Shown: piece after piece, positions 9,539-18,016 of the stretch
How the letters are laid out: each line of letters starts with the position of its first letter
Position numbering within the stretch: position 1 is the stretch's first letter
Assembly (NCBI GenBank): GCA_031370005.1
Contig: JANMPT010000024.1
Span: 160,234-224,233 of the forward strand
DNA length: 64,000 bases
Source of the DNA: Bdellovibrionales bacterium
Lineage (GTDB): Bacteria > Bdellovibrionota > Bdellovibrionia > Bdellovibrionales > Bdellovibrionaceae
Reading direction: 5' to 3'
Notes under the pieces: model-generated
What the model saw: the letters and a program-made list of their open reading frames with translations, nothing else
The model's database searches: none
What the model was told of the DNA's origin: nothing
Position numbers and translations under genes: made by a program

Positions 9539-10774
9539 TTAGTGAATTGGGTTGATATTTGGATCGAGAACACGATATGGATTGTCCGCATATTCGAGGA
9601 GATACAAGACAGGTTCTAGATTTTTCTGCTCGACGGTGGGAATCACCCCCGCCCCTGGATAGAACCCAGCACCACCATCCCAACCGTTGTTGGTGGGGTC
9701 TAACTCAAAAGTGAATGAAATGATTTTATGTTCGCCATAGGCCCAGTCCGTCGTGTCACCACTGGCCTGATATAAAGCAGATGATTGCTGTGGGGTATAT
9801 TTATTCCACTCTGCCATTTTTTCGGCCATGGTTTGATGAACTTGCTGATCTCGAACCGTGTCGATACCAGAGTATTTATGCCCCCAGGGGTAAAGAATCA
9901 GCTCAGAGAAAGTATGGAAGCTCAAGAGGATCGTAATATTTTGGTGAGCTTCCACATAGGCTTTAATAGCAAGTGTTTCAGGTTCACTGAAAGGCTTCGG
10001 TCCCTTATAGGTCTCGCTACTAGTATTGCTGCTGGAGCCGCCTGTGCCCCATTGAAATCCATAGTTGCGATTTAAATCAACACCATACGTCCCATCACCA
10101 TTATGCGAACGATTTTTACGCCACATCTGGTAACTGCCTCTTGCGACATCGTACTCAAGGCCATCCGGATTGACTGCAGGGATGATGTGGATATCGCGCC
10201 CGTTGAGAAGATTTACGATGCGAGGATTGCCCTTGGTGTACTCACTGAGGAAGTATTCGGCGTAATAGAGGGGTAACTCCACTGATAGATGTTCACGGGC
10301 ATGATGGCCGCCCATGTAAATGACCGCGGGCAATCTGTCTGCTTGTGCAAGATTTCCTGAAATACGCAAAGCCCACAGATCTCGTCCCTCAGAAGACTTT
10401 CCTGCAGACGTGACTCTGAGGATATTTGGATAGGTTTTTTCAAGATCCTGAATTTTTTGGGTGAGTTCGGCATAGTTGTGGTAATCCGCGTCCTTCGCTG
10501 GGAAGTCCATGGCAGCAGTCAGTGGGAAGCTCGTTTCAAGCCAACCGAGCTTTTCGATGGCTTCTTTTTCTTCGAAAGTCCCAGTGGCGGCCACGAAATC
10601 TTCCCGGGTAGTCTCAATAGAAACGCCCGTGTTTGCAATCACGCTGCGCTCGAATTTATCATGGGCACGGATTTTCATCCAATACAGATTGTTGTCAAGA
10701 GTGCGGGCTTGTTGAGTAAAAACGAGAGCTGAAATAGCAATTCCGATTGCTGATAAATACTTGAGAGCCTTCAT
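9539..10774 (-). CDS. Secreted M14 zinc carboxypeptidase (carboxypeptidase T-like)
   Basis: HHARE, NPDG, WRKNR, GVDLNRNY, FSEPET, SFHTF and FTFEL motifs; signal peptide and prodomain. Confidence 0.92.
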   Translation of the reverse strand: MKALKYLSAIGIAISALVFTQQARTLDNNLYWMKIRAHDKFERSVIANTGVSIETTREDFVAATGTFEEKEAIEKLGWLETSFPLTAAMDFPAKDADYHNYAELTQKIQDLEKTYPNILRVTSAGKSSEGRDLWALRISGNLAQADRLPAVIYMGGHHAREHLSVELPLYYAEYFLSEYTKGNPRIVNLLNGRDIHIIPAVNPDGLEYDVARGSYQMWRKNRSHNGDGTYGVDLNRNYGFQWGTGGSSSNTSSETYKGPKPFSEPETLAIKAYVEAHQNITILLSFHTFSELILYPWGHKYSGIDTVRDQQVHQTMAEKMAEWNKYTPQQSSALYQASGDTTDWAYGEHKIISFTFELDPTNNGWDGGAGFYPGAGVIPTVEQKNLEPVLYLLEYADNPYRVLDPNINPIH

Positions 10775-10846
10775 GGTTCCCCTCCTTATGCTCGCCCAAG
10801 GCTAGCATAATTTAAAATAAGAGAACAACAGGACGAAGGTCTAGGT

Positions 10847-11161
10847 TTATTGAGAGCGATTTCCAGTGAGCATTTTTGTCATCGTCTCTTGACGATTCAA
10901 GAAGGAGACGCCAACACCGAGGCTTTTGCCCCAGACAACTTCAGCATTCACACTATGCGTGCGGCCTAGGGACTCAAGCGGAATAGTGACCCGAATAAGA
11001 TCACCCCTCTGTGGAATGTAATCACCTTGGATAATTTCCAAGAAAGCGCCAGTGACAGACAGATTTTTCATCTCAGCAATTAAGGTTCCCATTCGTCCAA
11101 AAATCTCCAGGTAAGCTCTTTCTTGGGTCAAATGTCGGTCTGTCGTAGCATCGTTTAACAT
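10847..11161 (-). CDS. Single-domain PilZ protein
   Basis: NLSVTGA (D/NxSxxG), AEVVW, GVGVSF; RxxxR motif atypical. Confidence 0.8.
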   Translation of the reverse strand: MLNDATTDRHLTQERAYLEIFGRMGTLIAEMKNLSVTGAFLEIIQGDYIPQRGDLIRVTIPLESLGRTHSVNAEVVWGKSLGVGVSFLNRQETMTKMLTGNRSQ

Positions 11162-11187
11162 ATGATTTTTTCCTTCTTGATACCTCA

Positions 11188-11215
11188 GTATCGGTCAGAA
11201 ATAGTGAGTTTCTTA
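11188..11215 (-). promoter_or_regulatory. sigma28-like promoter of the PilZ gene
   Basis: Minus strand TAAG-N16-ACCGATAC, same geometry as the motA promoter. Confidence 0.4.
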
Positions 11216-11240
11216 GACAATTCTGGGTGTCCAGTTCACA

Positions 11241-11255
11241 TTCTCATATTGAGAC
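11241..11255. promoter_or_regulatory. GTCTCA-N3-TGAGAC palindrome copy
   Basis: TTCTCATATTGAGAC (1 mismatch), intergenic. Confidence 0.45.
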
Positions 11256-11326
11256 TGTGTCAGAAAAGGATCTTTTTGAAAGTGTCAAACTTGTTAGTAA
11301 GCCTGGCGCTATCCGATTTTTTCGAA

Positions 11327-11821
11327 CTATTTTTTTATGTAAGTTAAAAATGAAAAAGGTACTGGCATAGACCGATCGGATTTACTCGTGAGCGCAAATT
11401 TGCCGAGGGGAATTTCTGGATAGTAAGTGTCGCCCTCAAAGTCCTGATAAATTACCGTTAAATAGATTTTATCAGTGAGATGCATGGATTGTTTGTAGAT
11501 CTCACCGCCACCAACGATGAAAACCTCATCGCCCCACTGTGGAGTTAAAAGTTGTGCGGCATCGAGGGCCTTCTCGAGAGTTTTTACATACTGTACGAGA
11601 GGATTTGTGGATTGCCGGTCTTGACGAGTGATCACAATATGGTATCTCTGTGGCAGTGGTTTTGCGCCAAGGGAGTCAAAAGTTTTGCGACCCATGATCA
11701 TAATATGGCCCTTGGTAGTCTCCCGGAAGAATTTTAGATCTTCAGGGATATTCCAAGGCAGCTTGTTTTGGCTTCCGATAACACGATTCTGGGACATGGC
11801 AGTGACATGAGTTAAAGTCAT
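11327..11821 (-). CDS. folA: Dihydrofolate reductase
   Basis: [30 protein letters not shown] and GDTYYP motifs; overlaps the thyA stop. Confidence 0.96.
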   Translation of the reverse strand: MTLTHVTAMSQNRVIGSQNKLPWNIPEDLKFFRETTKGHIMIMGRKTFDSLGAKPLPQRYHIVITRQDRQSTNPLVQYVKTLEKALDAAQLLTPQWGDEVFIVGGGEIYKQSMHLTDKIYLTVIYQDFEGDTYYPEIPLGKFALTSKSDRSMPVPFSFLTYIKK

Positions 11822-12612
11822 ACTGCCACTTCGCCTTTGATTGCAGGGTGTGGATCATAACCAATGATTTGAATGTCTTCGAACTTAAAATCAAAAAGAT
11901 CCTTTACTTCAGGATTCAAAATTATTTTCGGTAAAGGACGGCATTTACGCTGTAACTGGGTTTCAACTTGTTCAAGATGATTTGAATAAATGTGGGCATC
12001 ACCTAAAGTATGAATGAATTCACCGACTTTCAAATTACACACCTGAGCAATCATATGCACAAGAAGGGCATAGCTTGCTATGTTAAATGGGACGCCAAGA
12101 AAAATATCAGCACTTCGTTGATAAAGCTGACAAGAAAGCTTTCCATTGGCCACATAGAATTGGAAAAAAGCATGGCAGGGAGGCAATGCCATTTTATCTA
12201 CATCGGCGGGGTTAAATGCAATTACCAAAAGTCGGCGTGAATTCGGATTTTTTTTAATTTGCTCAACGACACTGACTATTTGATCAATCTTGCGTCCATC
12301 TGGAGTCTCCCATGAGCGCCACTGTTTGCCGTAGACGGGCCCTAGGTTGCCATCTTCATCAGCCCATTCGTCCCAGATAGTAACTTTATTGTCGTGCAGA
12401 TACTGAATGTTGGTGTCACCTTTTAAAAACCATAAAAGTTCGTGAAAGATTGCTCGAGTGAAAAGTTTTTTCGTGGTTAAGAGTGGGAATCCATCCTCGA
12501 GATTGAAACGCATTTGATAACCAAACACACTGAGCGTGCCTGTTCCTGTGCGATCTTCCTTTTGCACACCGTGGGCAAGAACATGTTTTAATAGTTCGTG
12601 ATATTGGTGCAT
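11818..12612 (-). CDS. thyA: Thymidylate synthase
   Basis: DRTGTGT, ELLWFL, MALPPCH and [14 protein letters not shown] motifs; 264 aa. Confidence 0.98.
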   Translation of the reverse strand: MHQYHELLKHVLAHGVQKEDRTGTGTLSVFGYQMRFNLEDGFPLLTTKKLFTRAIFHELLWFLKGDTNIQYLHDNKVTIWDEWADEDGNLGPVYGKQWRSWETPDGRKIDQIVSVVEQIKKNPNSRRLLVIAFNPADVDKMALPPCHAFFQFYVANGKLSCQLYQRSADIFLGVPFNIASYALLVHMIAQVCNLKVGEFIHTLGDAHIYSNHLEQVETQLQRKCRPLPKIILNPEVKDLFDFKFEDIQIIGYDPHPAIKGEVAV

Positions 12613-12769
12613 TTCAACCTCCGAAAGCTTACCGGCTTCTATTCTATGAGTGCTGGCATTTTTGTCTCTATTTTGCGCACCGAGTAGAGCAAAAATACTC
12701 GGAAAGCGGTATTTTTAGGTCGTATTCTGTGTTTCGTTGGAGAAGCTTATAATAAGGCCTGGAGGCCCA

Positions 12770-13480
12770 ATGCTGATCTTAAGAAAAGCAAATGACCGTG
12801 GTCATTTTAAAAACGAATGGTTGGATTCCTACCATTCGTTTTCTTTTGGAGAATATTATGATCCGAAACACATGCAATATGGTGATCTTCGTGTGATCAA
12901 CCATGATGTGATTGCGGGGGGATCGGGCTTTCCGACACATGGCCATAAAGACATGGAAATCATCACCTACGTGGTTAGTGGTGTTCTTGAGCACAAGGAT
13001 AGCATGGGGAATAAGGAGCAAATTAGACCTGGCGAAATTCAAATGATGACTGCGGGGACCGGGGTCAGCCATAGTGAGTATAATCCAGATCCAAAAACAC
13101 CAGCAGAGATTATTCAGATTTGGATCCTGCCAGCTCAGCGGGGACTTGTCCCATCGTATAAGCAGAAATTGTTTTCCAAAAAAGATAAGCACAATGATTT
13201 GCAACTCATTGTTTCTCCGGATGGCGTGAAGGATTCGCTGAAAATCAATCAAGAGGCACATTTGTACGCTGGGATCTTTGATAAGGACTTTCATCAACTC
13301 TATAAACTCAAAGAGGGCCGAGGGATCTGGATTCAGGTCGTTTGGGGATCTCTTATCGTGAATAAGGAAGTTGTCGATACCGGAGATGGCGTTGCCATTG
13401 AAAATGAGAGTGAGATCCATATTGATGGCGGCCCGCAAGGCGCGGAGTTTTTGTTATTTGAGGTACGGCCTTCTTTTTAG
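12770..13480 (+). CDS. Pirin family protein (YhhW-like)
   Basis: WLDSYHSFSF, GFPTHGHKDMEI, HKDSMG and MTAGTGVSHSE motifs; ATG 12770 after GGAGG. Confidence 0.93.
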   Translation: MLILRKANDRGHFKNEWLDSYHSFSFGEYYDPKHMQYGDLRVINHDVIAGGSGFPTHGHKDMEIITYVVSGVLEHKDSMGNKEQIRPGEIQMMTAGTGVSHSEYNPDPKTPAEIIQIWILPAQRGLVPSYKQKLFSKKDKHNDLQLIVSPDGVKDSLKINQEAHLYAGIFDKDFHQLYKLKEGRGIWIQVVWGSLIVNKEVVDTGDGVAIENESEIHIDGGPQGAEFLLFEVRPSF

Positions 13481-13515
13481 TATTGCATTGCAATACTAAA
13501 AAGAAGGCCGTACCT
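13461..13515. repeat. Perfect inverted repeat (27-bp arms, 1-nt spacer), REP-like
   Basis: AGGTACGGCCTTCTTTTTAGTATTGCA-T-TGCAATACTAAAAAGAAGGCCGTACCT. Confidence 0.9.
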
Positions 13516-13521
13516 TTTATC

Positions 13522-14295
13522 ATGATTTTTGAATGGTTTGAGTATGTCAAAACCCATGGCAGTAAAGTGGCGAAGGACTGGGGATATGTTTACCAAAATG
13601 TTTCCTTGAAGTTTCGTTCGCGCCGTTGCTCTAAGGCCTGGCAAGGCCACGTGGATCAATGCCATCAATTGATTTGCGAGCATCTCGAGAAGACTCAGCC
13701 AAATACAGTTATGATCATTGGAAGTGGTTTGTTGCTCGAGATTCCGATTCAGGATCTGCTAGAGAAAACAGAGAAAATTTATTTAGTCGATCTGGTTCAT
13801 GCTGGCGAAATTCGAAAGTTCGCGGCAAAAAACCCGAAAATTGAGCTAATCGAAAGAGATATTTCGAGTCTGCTTGGGATTCTTAAAAAAGGCGCGGGTT
13901 CATTCCAGATAAATAGTATTCCGTGGAAACAGCTGCCAAACTGGCAGCTACCCAAAGTGGATTGGGTGATTTCGGCAAATTTAATGTCGCAAATTCCCTT
14001 GATGATTTCCGAACGCTTACCAATGAGTTCCGAGGTTTATGTGAGATTCGCAAAATCCGTGCGCGATCAACATATTCAAAGACTCTTTGAGCAAGCACCT
14101 AAAATACTTCTCTTTGCTGATTTTGAAACTCGATATATCGACCATGAGGATCAAAGAATTAAAACTGAGACCTATCAAGTGGATCTAGGATCCTTAAGTT
14201 TTGATAGAGAATGGCTTTGGGAAATATCACCTTTCGGCGAGACCTCCAGCGACTATAAAATCGAGATGTTGGTAAAAGCCTATTGGAAATTCTGA
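13522..14295 (+). CDS. Conserved hypothetical protein, possible Rossmann/SAM-methyltransferase-like fold
   Basis: VMIIGSG, YLVD and VISANLMSQ pattern; ATG 13522. Confidence 0.65.
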   Translation: MIFEWFEYVKTHGSKVAKDWGYVYQNVSLKFRSRRCSKAWQGHVDQCHQLICEHLEKTQPNTVMIIGSGLLLEIPIQDLLEKTEKIYLVDLVHAGEIRKFAAKNPKIELIERDISSLLGILKKGAGSFQINSIPWKQLPNWQLPKVDWVISANLMSQIPLMISERLPMSSEVYVRFAKSVRDQHIQRLFEQAPKILLFADFETRYIDHEDQRIKTETYQVDLGSLSFDREWLWEISPFGETSSDYKIEMLVKAYWKF

Positions 14296-14807
14296 ACTTG
14301 TCCGATGAATGGGAGGTTGCGATAATGACCTTCGTAATCCAGCCCATATCCAACTACAAACTCATTGGTTATTTGGAATCCAACATAATCGAGCTTGCAT
14401 TGAACTTTCAAAGCCTCTGGTTTTTCAAGAAGAGCCACCGTTGTCAAAGAAGCAGGTTTTCTTGCGAGGATTGAATTTTTCAAGTAGTTCATAGTGATGC
14501 CAGTGTCCACGATATCCTCAACCAACAAGACGTGTTTACCCTCAACCGGACTGGCAAGATCCAAAGTGACTTTCACTTCCCCAGAAGATGTTGAACCGTG
14601 ATAACTAGAAACTCCGAAGAACTCACAGTTGATATCTGTATCGATTTCACGAATCAAATCCGAGTAAAAAATAAAAGAACCTTTGAGCACACAAACTGCA
14701 ACGATTTGCTGATTTTTATATTTTTTGGTGATGGCAGCGCCGATTTCAGCGACCTTCTTTTGAAGTTGTACTTCTGTGATGTAAGGTTTGATTTGAAGCT
14801 GAGTCAT
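14280..14807 (-). CDS. hpt: Hypoxanthine phosphoribosyltransferase
   Basis: VLKGS, SSY, LLVEDIVDTG and FVVGYGLDY motifs. Confidence 0.95.
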   Translation of the reverse strand: MTQLQIKPYITEVQLQKKVAEIGAAITKKYKNQQIVAVCVLKGSFIFYSDLIREIDTDINCEFFGVSSYHGSTSSGEVKVTLDLASPVEGKHVLLVEDIVDTGITMNYLKNSILARKPASLTTVALLEKPEALKVQCKLDYVGFQITNEFVVGYGLDYEGHYRNLPFIGQVQNFQ

Positions 14808-14824
14808 TTTTTTCCCTTTATTTA

Positions 14825-15607
14825 TTAAACGAAGGAGTTGTTCATTATTTCGCCAAAGCCGCCGCCGCCGGGGACAATATAGTCTTGATTATTAAGACCT
14901 TTTTCTTGATCCCAATAAAGCCCCGGTGAAGACCTTAAAGCTGCCTCATCAGAAAGGCCCCGGTCAAGTCTCAAGGCATAGATTACGACCTCGGGATGTG
15001 TGCTTAAAACTCTCTTCAAGTATTCGGGCGTCACAATGAGGTGAAGCGCAATATACTTCTTCGCGGGTCCGACAACGTTTTTTTTGTAGTAATCAATGGC
15101 AGAGACAATTGTATTGCCGGTGGCTCCCATGGGGTCGGGGATAAGGACATAAGCTCCGTTCACATCGCCGCCGATTTTGAGTCCCCCCAATTGAGCGCCC
15201 ATAACATGGTTCTGGGCGTCAGTCATACGGGCCGCAAAGATATGGTCTTGACGTATGTTGTGCGCGGGAAGCGCAAAATGCAAAAAATTATAGCAGATAT
15301 GGCTTGGGTAAGTTCCAGCTCTGGCTAAATTTACACAAACTGCCCTTTGTGATTTCGCGATGCAGGTGCCCTGTAAGTTAATATTAGGATGATACTCCGT
15401 CATACGCGTTGGCGATTTGAAAGACTCAATTTCGAACTCTTGATTTACAACGGTTGAAATCATATGAATGTAAATCAATTCGACCAGACGATTGATTTCG
15501 GGTTGAAAAGTTTCTGGAGAACAAAGTTTTGCGAGCAGGCCGCTTAAAAAGGGATTGTCGATCAGGTGGACTTGAGCGCCGTAGTGGTGTTGAATCTCTT
15601 GTTGCAT
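14825..15607 (-). CDS. upp: Uracil phosphoribosyltransferase-like protein (divergent)
   Basis: LARAG, DPMGATG and YIVPGGGGFG motifs resembling ILRAG / DPMLATG / YIVPGLGDFG; next to hpt. Confidence 0.75.
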   Translation of the reverse strand: MQQEIQHHYGAQVHLIDNPFLSGLLAKLCSPETFQPEINRLVELIYIHMISTVVNQEFEIESFKSPTRMTEYHPNINLQGTCIAKSQRAVCVNLARAGTYPSHICYNFLHFALPAHNIRQDHIFAARMTDAQNHVMGAQLGGLKIGGDVNGAYVLIPDPMGATGNTIVSAIDYYKKNVVGPAKKYIALHLIVTPEYLKRVLSTHPEVVIYALRLDRGLSDEAALRSSPGLYWDQEKGLNNQDYIVPGGGGFGEIMNNSFV

Positions 15608-15619
15608 GCTGGTAATATC

Positions 15620-16621
15620 TTAAGGTTTCTTCTCAAATTCAATGAAAATGACGAATTCAGTCTCTTTGTTTTGGAATCTTTGCGACTTTAAAATCTCAAA
15701 AGGAGCTTTGGATATAAGTTCTTGTTCATGGATTAGATGCGTCTTGCGTGGCAGAATGCCCGAGACGAAGAACCCATAACCAGGTCCCAGCTCAAAAATA
15801 GCCGGATAAGAGCTCTTATGTGGGCTCCCCCCCGTTTTAGTTGGATCTATTGCAGCGAGGCCGCGGGTTTTATCCATGTCAAGTTCACGCAAATTACGAA
15901 CGATTTCAAGATTGCCGCGGAAGGTATTATTTTCAGAGTCAGTCAGTTCAATAAAGGTGCTGAGTCCCAGATCTTCATCAGACTCAGGGTCATGAGTCCC
16001 GACGAACCACTGTTGATTTTTGGCGATGGCCTTTGCATTTTTTGCAAGTATATGGATTTTAAGCCCTGGCGCGGTAATGCGCTTGCGCATATCCGGAAGA
16101 ATGCCTGCTGTATAATCGCCAAATGAATTAAATTGCCCCGTTGCCTGGCTCTCTTCATAGAGTTTTTCAAGGCTGCGGCGAGGGACTTCTGCATAGTATA
16201 TATAAGCTGTTGGGACTGAAGTCGTTGCTAGGGCTCTTGTTGTTACAGCAGCCGTGGGGGGTATAGCAGCAGCGGCCGCTATGGGTGCGGGCGAAGCAAT
16301 ATTCCGGCTAGAGTCTGGTAATTGAGTCGAAGTTTCTTCGGGGCTTTTTTTGCTTTCTTGGCCATCGGTGCTGGCAATCTGCAATGTGCCTTTAAAGAGC
16401 TTCACCCTCCGAGCGAGGTTATATTTGTCCTGCTTGTAGAGCGTGCCAATTGAGATACCAATAGCAATTAAAGCTATCGCTAAATATAGCAGAGGATCGG
16501 TTGCATAGCGAATAAATGCAGACTTGCGAGGCGGTTTGAAGGTCTCCGTATCGATGCCGCATTGAGCGCAGTACTTATCTTGGGGTTGTGAAAAGCCACA
16601 ACGTGGACATTTGACTAGCAT
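15620..16621 (-). CDS. Zinc-ribbon, single-TM hypothetical protein
   Basis: N-terminal CPRCG...CAQCG, one TM, A/P/T-rich linker, globular C-terminus. Confidence 0.75.
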   Translation of the reverse strand: MLVKCPRCGFSQPQDKYCAQCGIDTETFKPPRKSAFIRYATDPLLYLAIALIAIGISIGTLYKQDKYNLARRVKLFKGTLQIASTDGQESKKSPEETSTQLPDSSRNIASPAPIAAAAAIPPTAAVTTRALATTSVPTAYIYYAEVPRRSLEKLYEESQATGQFNSFGDYTAGILPDMRKRITAPGLKIHILAKNAKAIAKNQQWFVGTHDPESDEDLGLSTFIELTDSENNTFRGNLEIVRNLRELDMDKTRGLAAIDPTKTGGSPHKSSYPAIFELGPGYGFFVSGILPRKTHLIHEQELISKAPFEILKSQRFQNKETEFVIFIEFEKKP

Positions 16622-16646
16622 TGATTATAGCTTAAATCATAGGCTC

Positions 16647-16675
16647 TTGACCCACAAACAATTTGTTCATACCTT
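16647..16675 (+). promoter_or_regulatory. Putative sigma70 promoter of the dcw cluster
   Basis: TTGACC-N17-TACCTT upstream of rsmH. Confidence 0.35.
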
Positions 16676-16735
16676 GGGAATCATAGAGAAAAATTTCAAT
16701 TTTAGACACTCTACTAACCGTAAAGAGAGCACCTT

Positions 16736-17695
16736 TTGTCAGACTCTAAGCCCAATTTTCAGAGCATATTTCCAGATTTAGCGAAAGTTGAGTTTGCAAA
16801 AGAGCACTATTCGGTGATGGTGCGTGAAATCCTCGAGAATTTCGCAGTTTTCAGAGATAAAAAAGATATTTCTTATTTTGATGGCACCTTCGGGCGTGGA
16901 GGGCATTTGCGGGCAATTCTTGCGAACTTTCCGCAAATCAAGGCTGTGGTCATGGATCAAGACGCTGCTGCCATAAAATTTGGGGCTGAGAACTTCAGGA
17001 CGGAGGTCGAGTCTGAGCAACTACGTATAATCCATGGAAATTTTTCAGAGTTTCAGGAGCACAATCTGGGTTCTTTTGATATGATGTTGTTAGATTTAGG
17101 GGTGAGCTCTCCGCAGTTTGATATGGCAGAGCGTGGATTTAGTTTTAATAAAGACGGCCCATTGGATATGCGAATGAACCAAACTCAGGGAATCACGGCG
17201 GAATATATTTTGAATACGGCTTCTGAGCAGGAACTTAATGACATGTTTAAAGAATATGGAGAGGTCCATCGTCCATTCCGTGTTGTGCGTGCCATTGTTC
17301 ATGATCGCAAAGTGAAGGCATGGCAAAACACCAAAGAACTCGCCGGCCTTATCGAGCGCGTCGATGGCTGGCGCCACAAGGGTTTTCATCCTGCCACTCA
17401 ATACTTCATGGCGCTTCGTTTGCGGGTGAATTCGGAGCTGCAATCTTTAGAACATGCTTTGCCTGCGATGATGAAGTCCTTGAAGCCAGGTGGGCGTCTA
17501 GCTGTAATTAGTTTCCATTCCTTGGAAGATCGAATTGCAAAAAAATTTTTTAAAAACCATACAGACTTGGGTGAACAAACCCACAAAAGAGTCTTACGAC
17601 CCACTCAGGAAGAGTGCGATATGAACTCACGTTCGCGCAGTGCGAAGCTTCGAGTTTTTGAGAGGAAAGTTCAGGATGAGCTCAGAGAGTTTTAG
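16736..17695 (+). CDS. rsmH: 16S rRNA m4C1402 methyltransferase RsmH (MraW)
   Basis: DGTFGRGGH, DLGVSSPQ, RGFSF, LDMRM, ISFHSLEDR and RSRSAKLR motifs. Confidence 0.96.
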   Translation: MSDSKPNFQSIFPDLAKVEFAKEHYSVMVREILENFAVFRDKKDISYFDGTFGRGGHLRAILANFPQIKAVVMDQDAAAIKFGAENFRTEVESEQLRIIHGNFSEFQEHNLGSFDMMLLDLGVSSPQFDMAERGFSFNKDGPLDMRMNQTQGITAEYILNTASEQELNDMFKEYGEVHRPFRVVRAIVHDRKVKAWQNTKELAGLIERVDGWRHKGFHPATQYFMALRLRVNSELQSLEHALPAMMKSLKPGGRLAVISFHSLEDRIAKKFFKNHTDLGEQTHKRVLRPTQEECDMNSRSRSAKLRVFERKVQDELREF

Positions 17696-18014
17696 GCAAC
17701 TTAAGCCTTTTTTTAGCGTTTTAATTCTTATTTTCACTTTTTTCTCCCTTGTTTTTTTACAAATGGAGGAGCGTCGCTTGGGTTATAGCGTTTTGAAGCT
17801 TAGCCGCGAGTATAAGAAAGTTCTTGAGGACAAGCATATCCGCGAAATTCAGTTGGTGAAAATTACTCGACCACAACTTATGGAGTCCATGGCTCACTCC
17901 AAGTTTACACTTAAAAAAATCCAAGCAGATCAAATTATTCACTTAAGTGGAGCTGCTACGAGCTTCGTGGAGCTGCCCTCATCAGCTAAGCTCGATTTTA
18001 AAAAGGAGTTATAG
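17676..18014 (+). CDS. ftsL: Cell division protein FtsL-like
   Basis: Short cytoplasmic tail, TM and coiled coil; lies between rsmH and ftsI. Confidence 0.65.
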   Translation: MSSESFRQLKPFFSVLILIFTFFSLVFLQMEERRLGYSVLKLSREYKKVLEDKHIREIQLVKITRPQLMESMAHSKFTLKKIQADQIIHLSGAATSFVELPSSAKLDFKKEL

Positions 18015-18016
18015 AT

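Noticed and set aside
12779..13438. 219-aa antisense ORF over pirin (and the many other short overlapping ORFs in the track)
   Set aside because: Entirely antisense to, or out of frame with, well-supported genes and without recognisable motifs
13461..13515. Palindrome as an ordinary rho-independent terminator
   Set aside because: Stem is far longer than needed, has a 1-nt spacer and begins inside the CDS; treated as a repeat, though it may also terminate transcription
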